Shown: in pieces, positions 36,780 through 49,500 of the stretch
Numbering within the stretch: position 1 is the first letter of the stretch
Layout: each line of letters opens with the position of its first letter
Assembly: GCA_028534125.1 (NCBI GenBank)
Contig: CM052816.1
Location: 100,812,001 to 100,876,000, forward strand
DNA from: Lama glama
Lineage: Eukaryota
DNA length: 64,000 nucleotides
Reading direction: 5' to 3'
Notes under the pieces: generated by a model
The model's input: only the letters and a program-made list of their open reading frames with translations
Database searches by the model: none
Told to the model about the DNA's origin: nothing
Translations under genes and position numbers: made by a program

Positions 36780-38420
36780 TGTGCGCTTCCTGAGGCCGGG
36801 GAGGTGGCGGGAGTGCACCCGTCGCTCTTCTGCCAGGGAAAGGAAATGCACTCGTCCGGAGCCGCAGTGCCACAGCCCTGCAGTCCTCCTGGGAGAGCAC
36901 ACAGACGCCGCCAAGCGGTCCCGTCACGTGACCTCATTTTAGGGCTCATTGAAGCCCGTTTGTGTGCAGCTGGTCGGAAATATTGACGGAAAGTGGATTA
37001 TTTCCTTTTGAAAAGGACTGATCGCTATGAACTGAGTACAGTTCAAGGGAAGACCATCAACTCGCTGACGACCTGAAACGGGCTGTTCGCGGTCAGGGTC
37101 CGGGTCCAGGACGCCCAGGGCCCGGGGGACGGGCGGCACGGGAGCGCGCTCGGGCCCTTCCCGCTGCAGCGCGGCCTCCGCCTCTCCCTCCGCCCTCGGG
37201 CTCAGTGGGAGCGCTGGTTACCACCGTGTTGACCACCCTGACACGAAGCAGGGGACGCGCCCCGTCCCTCCCCCCAGGCCTGCAAAGTCTCGAAACTGAA
37301 GGGGAAACTTTGGTACAAAAGTGCTGCGAGGGGGAGACGGGCCCATGACTGCTTCCGCAGTGAGCAGTCGCGACCGTGCCCTTGCCCTGGAATTCTGTTT
37401 TTCTTCTCATGATGATTTGACAGTCTTGAAACACATCACCGTTAAAAAAAAAATTCAAAGGAGACAAAGGAAATGAATAAAATCCCTGCTCGGAGGGGGC
37501 AAAGTGATGGAGGCTTGGAGGAGGAAGCGCCAATAGGGGGATTTCACGCTTTGGTTAATTAAACGAACAAAGGGAAGGAGCGCGGGAGGCTGTGTCCCCC
37601 GCAGTGATGGGCGCCCCGCCCTCGGCTCCAGTGGGCAGCGCGCTCCGGGGCTCCACCCTCGCCGCTGTCGCAGGGCCACCGCCTTCCTCTCCTCCTTTTA
37701 TTAAATGACTAAGTGCAGCCGGCTGTGTCCGCGCTCCCCCTCTTGCAACAATTGGACTGTATTATTTTACATTTTGATTGAAATGATGTCACAGCCAGAT
37801 AAAAGCCGGGCCGGGCGCTGTAATGGGGGCGTCCGAGTTGCTTACGCCGGTGATCTCCGGCGGCTCCCCTTGTCCCGACGCTGCACACATAAGGGCCTCT
37901 CTTGTTTAACACGCCGCTGATGAGATCTAGTAACACAAAAGGTACCTGCCGGGGGGGGGGGCCGGGGGGGGGGCGGGCCTGGAGCTGGAGTTTCAGGGAA
38001 AAAAATTACAAAAAAAGCCTAAATGGGAAGAGACGCCTTCTGCCGAACTTCCCAAGTGTGGCTGGAGTGTCCCTAACCGCGCGTCGCATGGCGTCGGTGC
38101 CCGATGCAAGCCGCCCTGACGGGCGCCATCTGAGGGTGGCCGACGGCGCCGGGCCCTGCTGCCTGCATGCCGCGCCCACACGCCCTGCAGCCGCCGCTCT
38201 CCCGCGCAGCGGGTTTCCGTGCTTCTGCTGGGCGCGGAAGGAACGTAACGTCCACCGTCGTGACGAAAACGGGAGCGTTCATGAGGTCTCACTTCGGGCA
38301 AAGGATTATTGTTTTTTTAGGTAACAAAGTTCTTGGGAAAAGTCCTGCCTCTGAAACAGAGCGGCGAAGGCACCCTTGGCATCAGAGGCGACCGAGCCGG
38401 CCGCACCTGTGTGGTTGCGC
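36780..38420. promoter_or_regulatory. CpG-island-like block with embedded enhancer-like AT-rich modules
   Basis: CpG-dense, alternating with TCF/SOX/homeodomain motif patches; poly-G runs at 37950-37977. Confidence 0.55.
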
Positions 38421-39039
38421 GCGGAAGGGGAAAAGCTGTGTTACCATCGTTTGTGCCCACAAGTGACCGCGTTGTTTAATTCTATGTATTTCAAGGTAAG
38501 GCTCAGACTGTGCTGTCAGACAAGGTGGGGTTTGAAGTTTTTAAAAGTAAGAACTACAGAGGTCAAGGACAAAGCAGCACCTTGTACGACGTCCGTCTGC
38601 TGAGCGCCGTGTTTCTGGCTCTTCGTCCCCGTTCTCCCCACCCCCCTCTAGACCGGCTGTAACGGGGGCGGCGGGTGAGACCTGGGAAGGCAGCGGTGCC
38701 CCCAGGCACATCCCGGTCATGTGTCTGTGTTTGTGTCACGTGGCAGGTGATTACAACTGAATGTCATATTTACCTTCATTGTGGCCGCCAAGGAGTCAAA
38801 CCATGTATCTGTCAAAAACGGAAAATGTGAGTATTCATTTGACCTGCTCGGTGACCTAACCCGCAACCTAAGTAAGTGATCAGCAGAGCTAAAAGCTGTT
38901 CACAAATATTTGCTCCTTTTAGCTTCTGACTTTTCTGCACAGTTCAGTCGCACCTTGGAAAACTTAGGCTCATAGAAACCAAAGCCCAGGGACTCCAAAG
39001 TTTCCGTCCCTTAAAAATACACAGTGTATCTTAACCGCA

Positions 39040-39630
39040 TGCTCTTCCTCCAGAAACGCCGACGGGGCAGGATGCATGCCCCTCAGTCGGGGACCAGGCG
39101 TTTAAGCTGTGGTCCATCCAGGCAGTGGAATGTTATTCAGCTAAAAAGAAATGACTTTCCAAGCCACAAAAAGACACGGAGGAATCTTAATGCATATGAC
39201 TGAGGGAAGTAAGCCGATCTGAAAGGACCACCCCCTGTGCGGCAGTCTGGGAAAGGCGAAACTGTGGAGACATGAGGAGACCAGAGGTGGCCAGGGTTCG
39301 GGGGCGGGAGGGGTGAGCATGGGGAGCGCAGGGGACCTTTAGGGCCGTGACCCTGCGCTGTGTGACAGTACAGCGGTGGACACAGTATCACCCATTTGCC
39401 AAAGCCCGTGGAAGGCACAGCAGACAGCGGCGACCCCAGGGGAGCTTCGGTGAATGATAACGTGCTAATGTGGGTTCGTAACTGTGCAGCCGCCCTGCAC
39501 CGCAGCAAGGCATCACCAACGGGGGAAGTCAGAGCGGGGACGAGGGCACCTGAGAACTTTCTGTACTTTCTGCTAAGGCTTTCTGTAAAATCCAAAACTG
39601 TTTTTAAAAATGGAGTCAATTTTTTAATGC
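39040..39630 (+). mobile_element. L1MC-type 3' end
   Basis: gtggaatgttattcagctaaaaagaaatga...aaaggcgaaactgtggagaca...gaactttctgtactttctgct...ttctgtaaaatccaaaactg. Confidence 0.9.
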
Positions 39631-40599
39631 AGAATTGATCTGAATCTTAAACTTTCCCTGAAAACTGGATGGCGTTCCCCCGACTTGAAGCACGCCATGG
39701 GGTCCCTGCGGCCACGGCCACCTCTTTTCCCGCCTCTGGGGTCTCTTCCACGAACTGGGGGCCCCCAGTGCTGCTGGGGAGTTGGACTAATTTCTGGAGC
39801 CTGCGCCGCGACCTCTGCTCCCCCCGTGAGCAGGGGGGACGAGGATGGGGTCCCAGCTCTGCGCCACCTCACTGGTGAGGACAGCGTTGGCCCCGGCTGT
39901 CCCTTCAGGCGTTTTGCCTACTTTCTGCCCAGAGATGAATAAAGCTACCTGTCAAACATGCCCTCAACCTGTGGGCTTTCTACTAATTTAAAAGGTGAGG
40001 AAATACCACAATGGGATCTAGTTTGACTTCAGTTTCTCGTGGAATCTGTGCTAAAGGAAAAACGCAGTTACATTAAAACGCCACCCGCCAGCACAAACAG
40101 TCCTTCAGTGAAGAAGCCCCGCACAGAACAGGAGAGAGGGGGTGCAGAGCCAGCTCGTCCTCCCGCCCCCCGGCACCTGCTGCCCTGCCGCCCTCCCGGC
40201 ACTGGGACGTCCCAGTACCAGTGGAAACACCCCAGCTGCCGGCCCGGCCCCTCCAGCATGTCTGCTGAAGTTCCCGCCCCGCCGTGGTTCCTGCTGTGGG
40301 CCTGGCCCCTGTTCACTCTCCACTAGAGAGCCTCGTCTGCTTCACCTTCCTCCACGCTGAGCTGGGGCTGGAGCCCCCTCCCCTGTTCAGAGACACTGAG
40401 GCAGCCAGAGACACTCATGGACATCCCTCGTGAAAAGTACCATCCAGGGAGGGCTCCTCCCTCCCGGGCCCGAGGATGCTCTAACCAACAGGAGACACCG
40501 GGGGCCGTGGCAGGACCCTGGACCACCCTCTAGGCCAGTACCCGCAGGGGCCACTGTGAGCACGCAGTGCCGCTTGCACCCAGCTGACTGAACAGCAAG

Positions 40600-41530
40600 A
40601 TAGAGGCCACAAAAATAAACCACCACTGGAACCACAGCCCACACAGCGTGGCTGCTCGTTAAAACAGAACATTTGGTAGCGTTCAGTCTCTCCTAACAAA
40701 GCAGACAGAATGTCCGGTAGAAAACCACCACGACACCGAGAAGCAAAACAGCCGGCTGGAATGGGAAGAGACAACGGCTGGCGGCAGCCGAAGCAGCTCG
40801 GTGCTGGAGTTACCCGCCACGGGTGTCCAAGCAGCTGCCATGAAGGTTCTTCAACAACCAACTGCAAATGGCCTTAGAACAAGTGAAAGAAAATCACAGC
40901 AAAGAAACAGAAGTTATAAGAACAGCCAAGTGGAAACCATAGACCTGAGAGATCTAACCACTGGAGCCTGCCTGGACGGGCTCAGCAGGTGTGTGGCGCC
41001 GATGGGGACGTAGTCAGTAAACCTGAGGAAGATCAGTGGCGTTTACCCGACCTGAACAACGGGAAGGAGGTAGACGGGGGGAAGAGGAGAGCCTCACGGA
41101 CCAGCAGGATGGTAACCAAGGGTCCCGCAGCCCTGTCACGGGGATCTCCTCTCCGGGGAGAAAGCATGAGGCTAAAGTAGCATTTGAAGAAATCACAACC
41201 GGAAATGCCCTAAATTTGGTGAACAACACAACCCTACACAAACAACACGACACGCAAACTCCAAACTGGATAAATCAGAAACAAAAGCAGGCCAACATAT
41301 CATAATTAAACTTCTGAACGTGGACCACCAGGAACACGCGCATGAATGACAGCAGACTCTGCACCCTGAACCGCGGAGGCCGGAAGGAAGTGGCACGGCA
41401 CTTAGCGGCTGTGCTTGAAGAACAGCTGAGCTGTGACGTCTCTAACCAGCGAAGCTGCGCTTCAGGAGTGACGGAGAAATAAAGACATTCTCAGAAGACA
41501 GAAAACGAGAAGAACTTGTCACTAGCAAAT
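40600..41530 (+). mobile_element. Old L1M ORF1-region remnant
   Basis: catttgaagaaatcacaaccggaaatgccctaaatttggtg, catatcataattaaacttctgaa and gaaataaagacattctcaga follow L1 ORF1. Confidence 0.85.
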
Positions 41531-43915
41531 TTATAATTCCAAGGTTTTATCTCTTAAATTGTGATGGTATTTAAAAGCAGGATGTGTTTTTATTCATTAT
41601 TCTGGGAAAGTTTACAGTTGCTTTTCCTCGAAGTAGAAGAAATGATATCTATGTTTCCTTCAACAGCCTATCATCCTGTGAGCGTCTAACAACAACATTT
41701 AGGGCAAGCCAGTAAATGAGAGGAATCCGCAGTACGTGGCACAACTTTATCCTGCCTGCATTTCTCGATACAGAATGAATTAAGGCAATCCAGCTGCTTA
41801 TGGAAACAGCAAAACGATCATGTGTTATCTGGAGCATCTGAAAAGTGCCTGGAAATTCTTGGCGTTTTCCAGAAGGCTTCTCGCCAATGCAAATACATGT
41901 ATTTTTTATAAGCGTGTTCAACACCATTCCAACATGTTTTATTATGATTAAAGGGACTTCAAATACGACAAAATCTCCCTCTAATCCAAAATGCAAATGC
42001 TCTCCTCTGGGGGAATAAAGCAATCTGCTGAAAACAAGACTCCAAATGAACGTCGATAAATACTTCACTAAGTGTAAAAGAAACTGTTTTATCTTGAGTG
42101 AATCTTATAGAAGTTAAGTAAACTCAATGTGTAAATTCCAGCTTCATACCGTGTATCTCTAGGGCGGGGCGCTCAAAGAAAGACCCAACTGTGTGGAGGG
42201 GTGGCATGGCGTGGCCACGTGCTGAGACGTCCTGGGGCACCCAGGCGTGGCCTGTCTCGCAGACTTGCCGGGAGGTGTCTGGGCTGTTTCCAGCTCCCCA
42301 GATAATGAGCTCTGGGCTGCGGGAGCCGTGTTCCTTCCCAATCCCCTCACCCTAAATTCCAGTGTCACAGAAGGGCTCCCCCCTATTCATTGCAGAGATT
42401 TCCAGGCAAGAAAACGCGTTGCAGTTCCCTGTGAACCGGGTGCCGGCACCTGGGGCAGGGGCAGGGAGAAGGCGGGAAACCGGTCACCCTAGGGGCAGTC
42501 CGGGTGGGCCGCATTATATGACTGATCCTTGAAATATTTATCATAAACAAGTGTGCCTTTGGCTTCTCCTGAAATCTCATTCCTAATTCCTGAACTGGCC
42601 AAACTGCGTCCGGAGCAGCACAAATGGACAGCTCGTGCTCCTTGAGTCACATGCTTTATGCCTGACTCTGCTGTAAATACTTGATAGCACATACTTTGGC
42701 GATTATCGGGAATGGAAAGTACAACCCAGATGCAGAGCTTTAACCATTTGTGATTTTTTCTGAAGAACCAGGAGATGTAGAAAAACAGTCGCCCGTCCCT
42801 GGGGGACCTTGCCATGTCTCAGCGTCCGACAGTAAAAGGTCACACAGACAAACGGGAGAATCACCAGATTCTAAAGGGGATGAGCCTCTTTTTCATGAGA
42901 TTTTCGGTCATTTAGATGAACATTGGCCACCGCACGCAGTAGGCTTTTATTTTCAGTCAGGAACGGAAAGTCTTCTGTGTGCATCTGGGAATCCTGAGCC
43001 CCCAGGGCACGGGCTGGGTCCTCTGTCCTGAGCTCGCCCACTTCAGTGGGAAACCAACAAAGAAGCAAACAATCAGGGAAGCGACCAGGAACATATGGAT
43101 GGAGATTCATGAGGTGGCGTTGACAAGCCACAGAATTTTTTCCCATGAAATTACAGGGAAAATATTTCAGAAATTGGCATGGGTTATCAGCATTCTGAAA
43201 GAACATTTCTGTTTTATCATGATAGCCACAGAGTCAGGCATGGAAATACGAGAAGCTTTTAGAGTTCCCTCTGCCCTCACCTCCCAGCGAGGGGCCTGCA
43301 GATTTTTTTCGTTTTCCTTCTCGGACGGGTGGCTAGAACTCTACGCGGGAGAGGCCAGCAGAAGGTAGAAGGTTGCTCTGCACAGGGCGGTGGAGGGTCG
43401 CCCCTGCTGGAGAACGAATCAGGGAGAGCTTCCAGAGGGAGGCAGCCGGGAGCCTGGGACCCAGAGCAGAGAAGGGCGTCGGGATATGTTCTGTTGAGTC
43501 TCATGGGATAGAACTTTGGCCTCTGCCGCTACTTGAGGGAATTTCAACAATGTTCCGTTTCTGTTCAAGACCTGTCTTGTGTTTACGTGTGTTCTGGAGC
43601 ACACGTGTGAGTGTGTAAGTGTGCGTGTGTGCGTCCGAGGATGCATCCTAGTCAAGTGGGCCCTTGGGAGGAGCATGGAGCCCCGGCTTACACTCAAGCC
43701 CCCGTCTTCACAGATCACGGTGGGGGGACAAGTGCTCTGGTGACGGCTTCACCTGAGTTGATAGTTTCCTCGTCACAGAGGCCACAGGAGGCGGTTGTTC
43801 ACTCTGTATTTTTGAAATAAGTGTGCTGAGTCTCAAGGAGTATAAGGAACTTTCCTTGAGTCGCAGACCAGCACGTGGAAGAGAAGGACCCTTGTCTTTC
43901 CTACTCCAAAATCTG

Positions 43916-44775
43916 TTTTCTTTTTTTATTCTTATTTTTATTAAAGTGTAGTTGGTTTGCAATGTTAGTGTCATGTGTACAACAAGGTGATTCATTATAC
44001 GTATACATGTGTGGTTTTTTCAGATTCTTTCCCATTACAGTTCCTTACAAGAAATTGAATATAGTTCCTTGGGCTACACAGTAGGTCTCTGTTGTTTATC
44101 TATTTTATACACAGTCATGTGTATCTACTAACCCCAAACTCCCAGTCTATCCCTTCCACCTCTTCTCCTCTGGTAGCCACAGTCTGTTTTTTATGTCCAT
44201 GAGTCTATTTCTGGTTTGTAAATAAAATTTGCACCTTTTTTTAGATTCCACATGTAAGTGATATCATATGATATTTGTCTTTGTCTGACTTACTTCACTT
44301 AATATGATCATCTCTACATCCATCATGTTGCTGCAAATGGCATTATTTAATTCTTTTTTTATGGTTGATTCATGTTCCATTGTATAAATACACCGCATTG
44401 TCTTTATCCAGTCATCTGTTGATGGACATCTAAGTTGTCTCCTTGTCTTGGCTACTGTAAACAGTGCTTCTGTGAATATTGGGGTGCAGGTGACTTTTCA
44501 AATTATAGNNNNNNNNNNNNNNNNNNNNNNNNNNNNNNNNNNNNNNNNNNNNNNNNNNNNNNNNNNNNNNNNNNNNNNNNNNNNNNNNNNNNNNNNNNNN
44601 NNNNNNNNNNNNNNNNNNNNNNNNNNNNNNNNNNNNNNNNNNNNNNNNNNNNNNNNNNNNNNNNNNNNNNNNNNNNNNNNNNAGACTTTTTAATGATGGC
44701 TGTTCTGACTGGTGTGAGGTGATACCTCATTGTAGTTTTGATTTGCATTTCGCTAATAATTAGTGATACTGAGCA
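43916..44775 (-). mobile_element. Younger 5'-truncated L1 (cetartiodactyl-type 3' UTR plus ORF2 end)
   Basis: T-rich tail at 43916; ttgaatatagttccttgggctacacagtaggt; tagattccacatgtaagtgatatcata; minus-strand peptide EMQIKTTMRYHLTPVRTAIIKK is the L1 ORF2 C-terminal region. Confidence 0.95.
44509..44682. other. N run (174 nt)
   Basis: Seen directly. Confidence 1.
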
Positions 44776-45519
44776 TGAAACCACCCTCCTACAACTATAA
44801 AGCTGAGAGCTTCTCCCAGGAAAACCTAGTTTGGGACTAAATTCCTGGGACCTGCTCTCCTGGAGAGCCTTCCCCAGTTCCCTGGGCTTGCTGGGGCCTG
44901 TAGCTTCTTCCCACTGCAACATTTTCCTGCTGCAAGTTGACCAGCCAAAAGCTGTGACAGGTCCTGGTGGGTGTTGGAATGTGTCCTGCCACCCGCTGCC
45001 CAGAAGGAGCTGGATGTGGTCCTGACTCCTCCGCGGGGTCACACACCAGAGGGTGCCTAGAAGGGAAGCTAAATCAAAGATTGCTGCAGTGTCAGGGAAA
45101 AGAAAGACTACAAACATGTCTTTATTTTTCCAATATTAGGAAAATCTAGGCTTTTTTGTAATAAATGGGAAAAACTCTAATGCAGCCAATGGAATTGTTC
45201 CTGCCAACCCACGTCCTCCGTAGAGAAGCAAGGACAAAGGGACTTTTTTGTAATAAAGGAGATGACGCTATCTCTAGGATGTGCCTGTAGACAGACTGGG
45301 GGCCTGACTGGTGGAGAGCAGAGTGCTCCGGGGGGATGGAGGGCCTCGCCCTCACCACTCACATGGCCCCGCACCCCCTCCAGCCCCACAAAGGCACGGC
45401 TGGCAAACAGCCAGTTTCTGGAACACTCCCTCCCACTAGTGGAACATTTGTTATATAATTCACGGGGTTGACCCTGAATTCAGATTCAATAACGCCTAAC
45501 ATTTTGTAAGAAATTGCTG

Positions 45520-45705
45520 CTCCCCAAGCATTGTGCTCATGGCCAGCTGTGCACTTAACCCTCACGAGGGCTCTGCAATCACGGACAACTGATTATTGTC
45601 CAGCTGAGGAGAAAACACGTGCGTAGTCTCCGATCTGCCAGTAAAATGGTGAGTCGGAACTCAAAGCCAGATCGACTGGCTCCTCGACTCCCCCTTGTAA
45701 CTAAC
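45520..45705 (-). mobile_element. MIR remnant
   Basis: cacttaaccctcacga...cagctgaggagaaa...ggaactcaaagccagatcgactggctcc. Confidence 0.55.
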
Positions 45706-46256
45706 CCCAGGCGAGGCCTCCCTGGGTCAGATGTACATGTCACCTTGCTGTGGCTCAGGGGCTCACAGTGGGGACAGGGCAGCAGGTGCCGCTGGGTCCT
45801 CGACTGTCAGTGCTGGGCACCTGACCCAAGCACCCACGTCACCCACACGCCTCGGTTCTGGTGATCATTAACATTTCCTTCTTACTTATATACACACCTA
45901 TCATAATTGCCTCCCCGAAAGACTTGAAAGAGTTTAAAGAAAACGAGAAAATAAAGCAACATTAGAAACATAAGTAGAATATTGGTGTCAAAACCCACTG
46001 AACTGCCTTCCTGTGGGGCCACGGAGGGGGTCTCAGTGCCTTCACGGGACGGGCCTCCGGCCGCCTGCCCAGAAGCGGGATGCTCCCTCGGCGGACACAC
46101 CACACACGGCTCTGGGGTGCCTCTCCAGTCCCTTCGGGTGCTTTGCCCACAAAAGTCTGTCATTTTATTTGAAAGCTCTTCATTTTATAGAAAATTCAGG
46201 TATTCTGCAGCTTAAATCTTGCCCCTTCACAGAAACGTGTATTGACCTGTGAGCGC

Positions 46257-46725
46257 TGCATCACACAGGGCTCTCCAGAGGAAGAGAGGCCATGGGGGGC
46301 GGGTAACAGACAGATGATGGTGGATGGATGGATGGACAGACAGGTAAATAGACACACAGACTGATGATGGACAGACAGACGGCAGACACTGAGGAGCCAG
46401 CTCATGTGGACATGGATGCAGGGAGCCCCAGGCTCTGTCCCCTGAAAACTGAAGCCCCAGGAAAGCCTGTCAGCTCTGTTCAAGTCACAGGCCTGAGACC
46501 AGGAGAGTGAAAAGTTCAAATCCGGGTCTGAGAGCAGAAGACGTGTCCCCACTCAGCCGTCGGGCAGGAGCGCTGGCCTCTCCCTTCCTCTGCCTTCGCT
46601 CTGTCCAGGCCCTCGGCGGGTCAGTGAGCCCCACACTGCGAAAGGCAAGGCTGTCACTCCGCCCAGCCATTCAAATGCTACTCACACCCAGAAACATGCT
46701 CACAGGCCCACCCAGGATGATGTGA
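46257..46725 (-). mobile_element. MLT2 (ERVL) LTR with internal (GGAT/GACA)n tract
   Basis: cagggctctccagagg start; aggcctgagaccaggagag; attcaaatgctactcacacccagaaacatgctcacag. Confidence 0.85.
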
Positions 46726-48406
46726 CGTTGAGGCAGAAGGTCCACACCCCGGGCAGCGGAGTCTCTGGAAAACGGGGGGTCCGCTCGGCGGTCCGCAGCT
46801 GCGGGCCCCCTGTGGGGGCTGACAGGATGCTGGAGCTCTGCCCAGTCCAGTCCCGCTCTTTCTGCAGGAGATTCGAACCCCTCCTTTCTGGGGAAGGAAA
46901 GTCGGAGCAGCAGGAGTCAACACCGAAGGACGACGGGAAGAACTGCTCCATCAGCCCTGAGAGCGCCCAGCACAAGCACACCCAGCCCCGCAGACACTGC
47001 AGGTTCCCTCTCGCTGTCCCTGGGGGAAAGCCAGTGGGGCGGGAACGGGGGTGAGCGACCACCGCCGTGGCCTGATCTACGCGTGGTTGTGAACCCTGTC
47101 CTGGGACAGACGCCCTTCTGCACGTGGCAGGATGCTCAGCCGTCCTGATGCAGGGCAGCGCAAGCGTCCATTTGGAACCACCACTTCGGCTTCCATCCTG
47201 AAAGGCCACTCCCTCAATTATTTCGATGATCGGATTTTGGGAGGAGAGAAACCCAGTTCCAGGAGTTACTTACAGACTCACATCTGGCTTTGTTAGCTCG
47301 TCCTGGTGTCTGTGGGAACTACCATTTCAACGTGTGTAAAATTTCATCAGCCGGTATCTCCGTGTAAATGAGGTTTGGCAAAAGGCTGATTTACCAGCCG
47401 GGAATTTTCTTCCCTCAGTGTGCCCTCGGTTTACTTCCCGAGATGCCCATGCTCCGTGCAGCTGTGTGCACACCCTTCAGGGCTGGGGCCGGACACGGCG
47501 AGCCAGCCGGTCTCCCAGAGTCCACCCCAGGCAGGCACAGGCCTCAGAGGCTATAGGTATCCCAAGCCTGACTTGGGAGATTTGATTTTCGCAGAAAAGC
47601 ACAGACAGGAAACAAGGTAAGTGTAGACCAAACACACGATTGTTCCCCAAACACCCCCGCGTAGTTGCTGGAACAGTCAGTCCCCGTGGGTGTGGGAGTG
47701 CCGCTGACAAGTCCCGCCCCCTCGGAGCAAGCAGCTGAGGACACCAGAGGGGGCTCGAGCTGCTGCCGGTGATCCACGGGCAGGCGCACACACCCTTCTG
47801 ATAGCTTTAGGAGTCTCAGGACAAAGCTGATTTTACCACCAAATGTTGCATCGAGAGGAATGCACTGTGCTTCCCAAAGTCCGTCACTAAGCCCCACTTC
47901 CTAGGGAGCAGCGTTAACGTTGTCTCTCTTGGCCTGTAGCTGGCTTGAAGCTGTTGCGTGCGCCATGGGGGTGCGTGCGCCGAATTTATAAATACTAAAT
48001 CTTACACTGGAGAAATCACATCCTCAGAACGGGGGTGGGCAACTCCCCCATTTCTGTCCTTATTTCTTGCGGGAGACCCGGGGACCATAACTCCTCAGGC
48101 CTGCATGGAAGTCACCTGCCGCCATTGCTCTTCTGTGATGACATTTTCTGGGCTGACATCATCAGGAAACATAATTCAATTTTTTTTAATTAGCCATTTA
48201 TTACAGCATGGGCAAGACATACACATCTCCATGAATCACCCCCACCCCAATAATGAAAACTAAAAATAAAATGAGTTTTCCCAGTGGGCAGGGTAATAGT
48301 TTAATTGTGTACAGTTATTCTTACATTAAAAGCTGCATACCTGGCAAGCTTTATCGAGTTACAGGGACTTTTAAATGTGCCAATGTTTCTACACAAGTAA
48401 CGCAGG

Positions 48407-49048
48407 NNNNNNNNNNNNNNNNNNNNNNNNNNNNNNNNNNNNNNNNNNNNNNNNNNNNNNNNNNNNNNNNNNNNNNNNNNNNNNNNNNNNNNNNNNNNNN
48501 NNNNNNNNNNNNNNNNNNNNNNNNNNNNNNNNNNNNNNNNNNNNNNNNNNNNNNNNNNNNNNNNNNNNNNCATCCAGGGGGCATTATNNNNNNNNNNNNN
48601 NNNNNNNNNNNNNNNNNNNNNNNNNNNNNNNNNNNNNNNNNNNNNNNNNNNNNNNNNNNNNNNNNNNNNNNNNNNNNNNNNNNNNNNNNNNNNNNNNNNN
48701 NNNNNNNNNNNNNNNNNNNNNNNNNNNNNNCGGTGCAGGAGGAGGCGAAACAGGCCGAGGGAAGACCATTTCATTAAGCTGTAACCCTGGGAAGGGAGGG
48801 GCTCTNNNNNNNNNNNNNNNNNNNNNNNNNNNNNNNNNNNNNNNNNNNNNNNNNNNNNNNNNNNNNNNNNNNNNNNNNNNNNNNNNNNNNNNNNNNNNNN
48901 NNNNNNNNNNNNNNNNNNNNNNNNNNNNNNNNNNNNNNNNNNNNNNNNNNNNNNNNNNNNNNNNNNNNNNNNNNNNNNNNNNNNNNNNNNNNNNNNNNNN
49001 NNNNNNNNNNNNNNNNNNNNNNNNNNNNNNNNNNNNNNNNNNNNNNNN
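48407..49048. other. Three N runs (48407-48570, 48588-48730, 48806-49048) separated by 17-nt and 75-nt islands
   Basis: Seen directly. Confidence 1.
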
Positions 49049-49139
49049 TGATGCGGGCAGGCGGGGAGGAGGGGCTGAGCCTTGAGTGATGGGGCGGCGG
49101 CCGGTGCCACCTCCCGGGAGCGCGCACGTGCGGGCACGC

Positions 49140-49500
49140 GCGTGTTTAATCCTTCACACAATAGGAGCAGGCGATCAATAGCAGCTTAAATTTTATGAGA
49201 CAGCAGTTAAGTTGTTCTGCCCAAGCCAGAACACCTTTGTTCTCCCATAACGAGCAATCTCGGCGGTGGAATTAATATTGACAGCCTGGCTTCTTCGTGG
49301 CTAATTTGGAGGGCGCCCGGGCCAACTGGTGGGCGGGCCATGGCGATCGAGCTGTTGTCGGGGTTCATTGCCAGAGGGCAGGTCTATGCCCGCCGCCGCC
49401 CGCAGGAGGCCGCCCCTGCCCTTGGCACCGGTCAGTCCTCGCCACTCTCTGACTTATTAAAGTAACTTATTTTGCAGAAGTAAGTGACGTGGTTGGTAGG
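49140..49500. promoter_or_regulatory. Candidate conserved non-coding element / enhancer
   Basis: No repeat recognised; TTTAATCC, ACAAT, TTTTATGA, CTTTGTT, TTAATATTGACAG, CTAATTT motifs. Confidence 0.45.

Noticed and set aside
35919-36986. Longest ORF (355 aa, + strand)
   Set aside because: Pro/Gly/Ser/Ala/Arg-rich with no recognisable domain; starts inside an MLT1 LTR; long frames are expected in stop-poor GC-rich DNA
45044-45057. Additional CTCF-like matches (45044, 26108 on the minus strand, ~47742)
   Set aside because: Mismatches at core positions and no upstream motif; such partial matches are common in GC-rich DNA
44435-49161. ORFs containing X runs
   Set aside because: Artefacts of reading through N runs; the only real peptide similarity is the L1 ORF2 C-terminus
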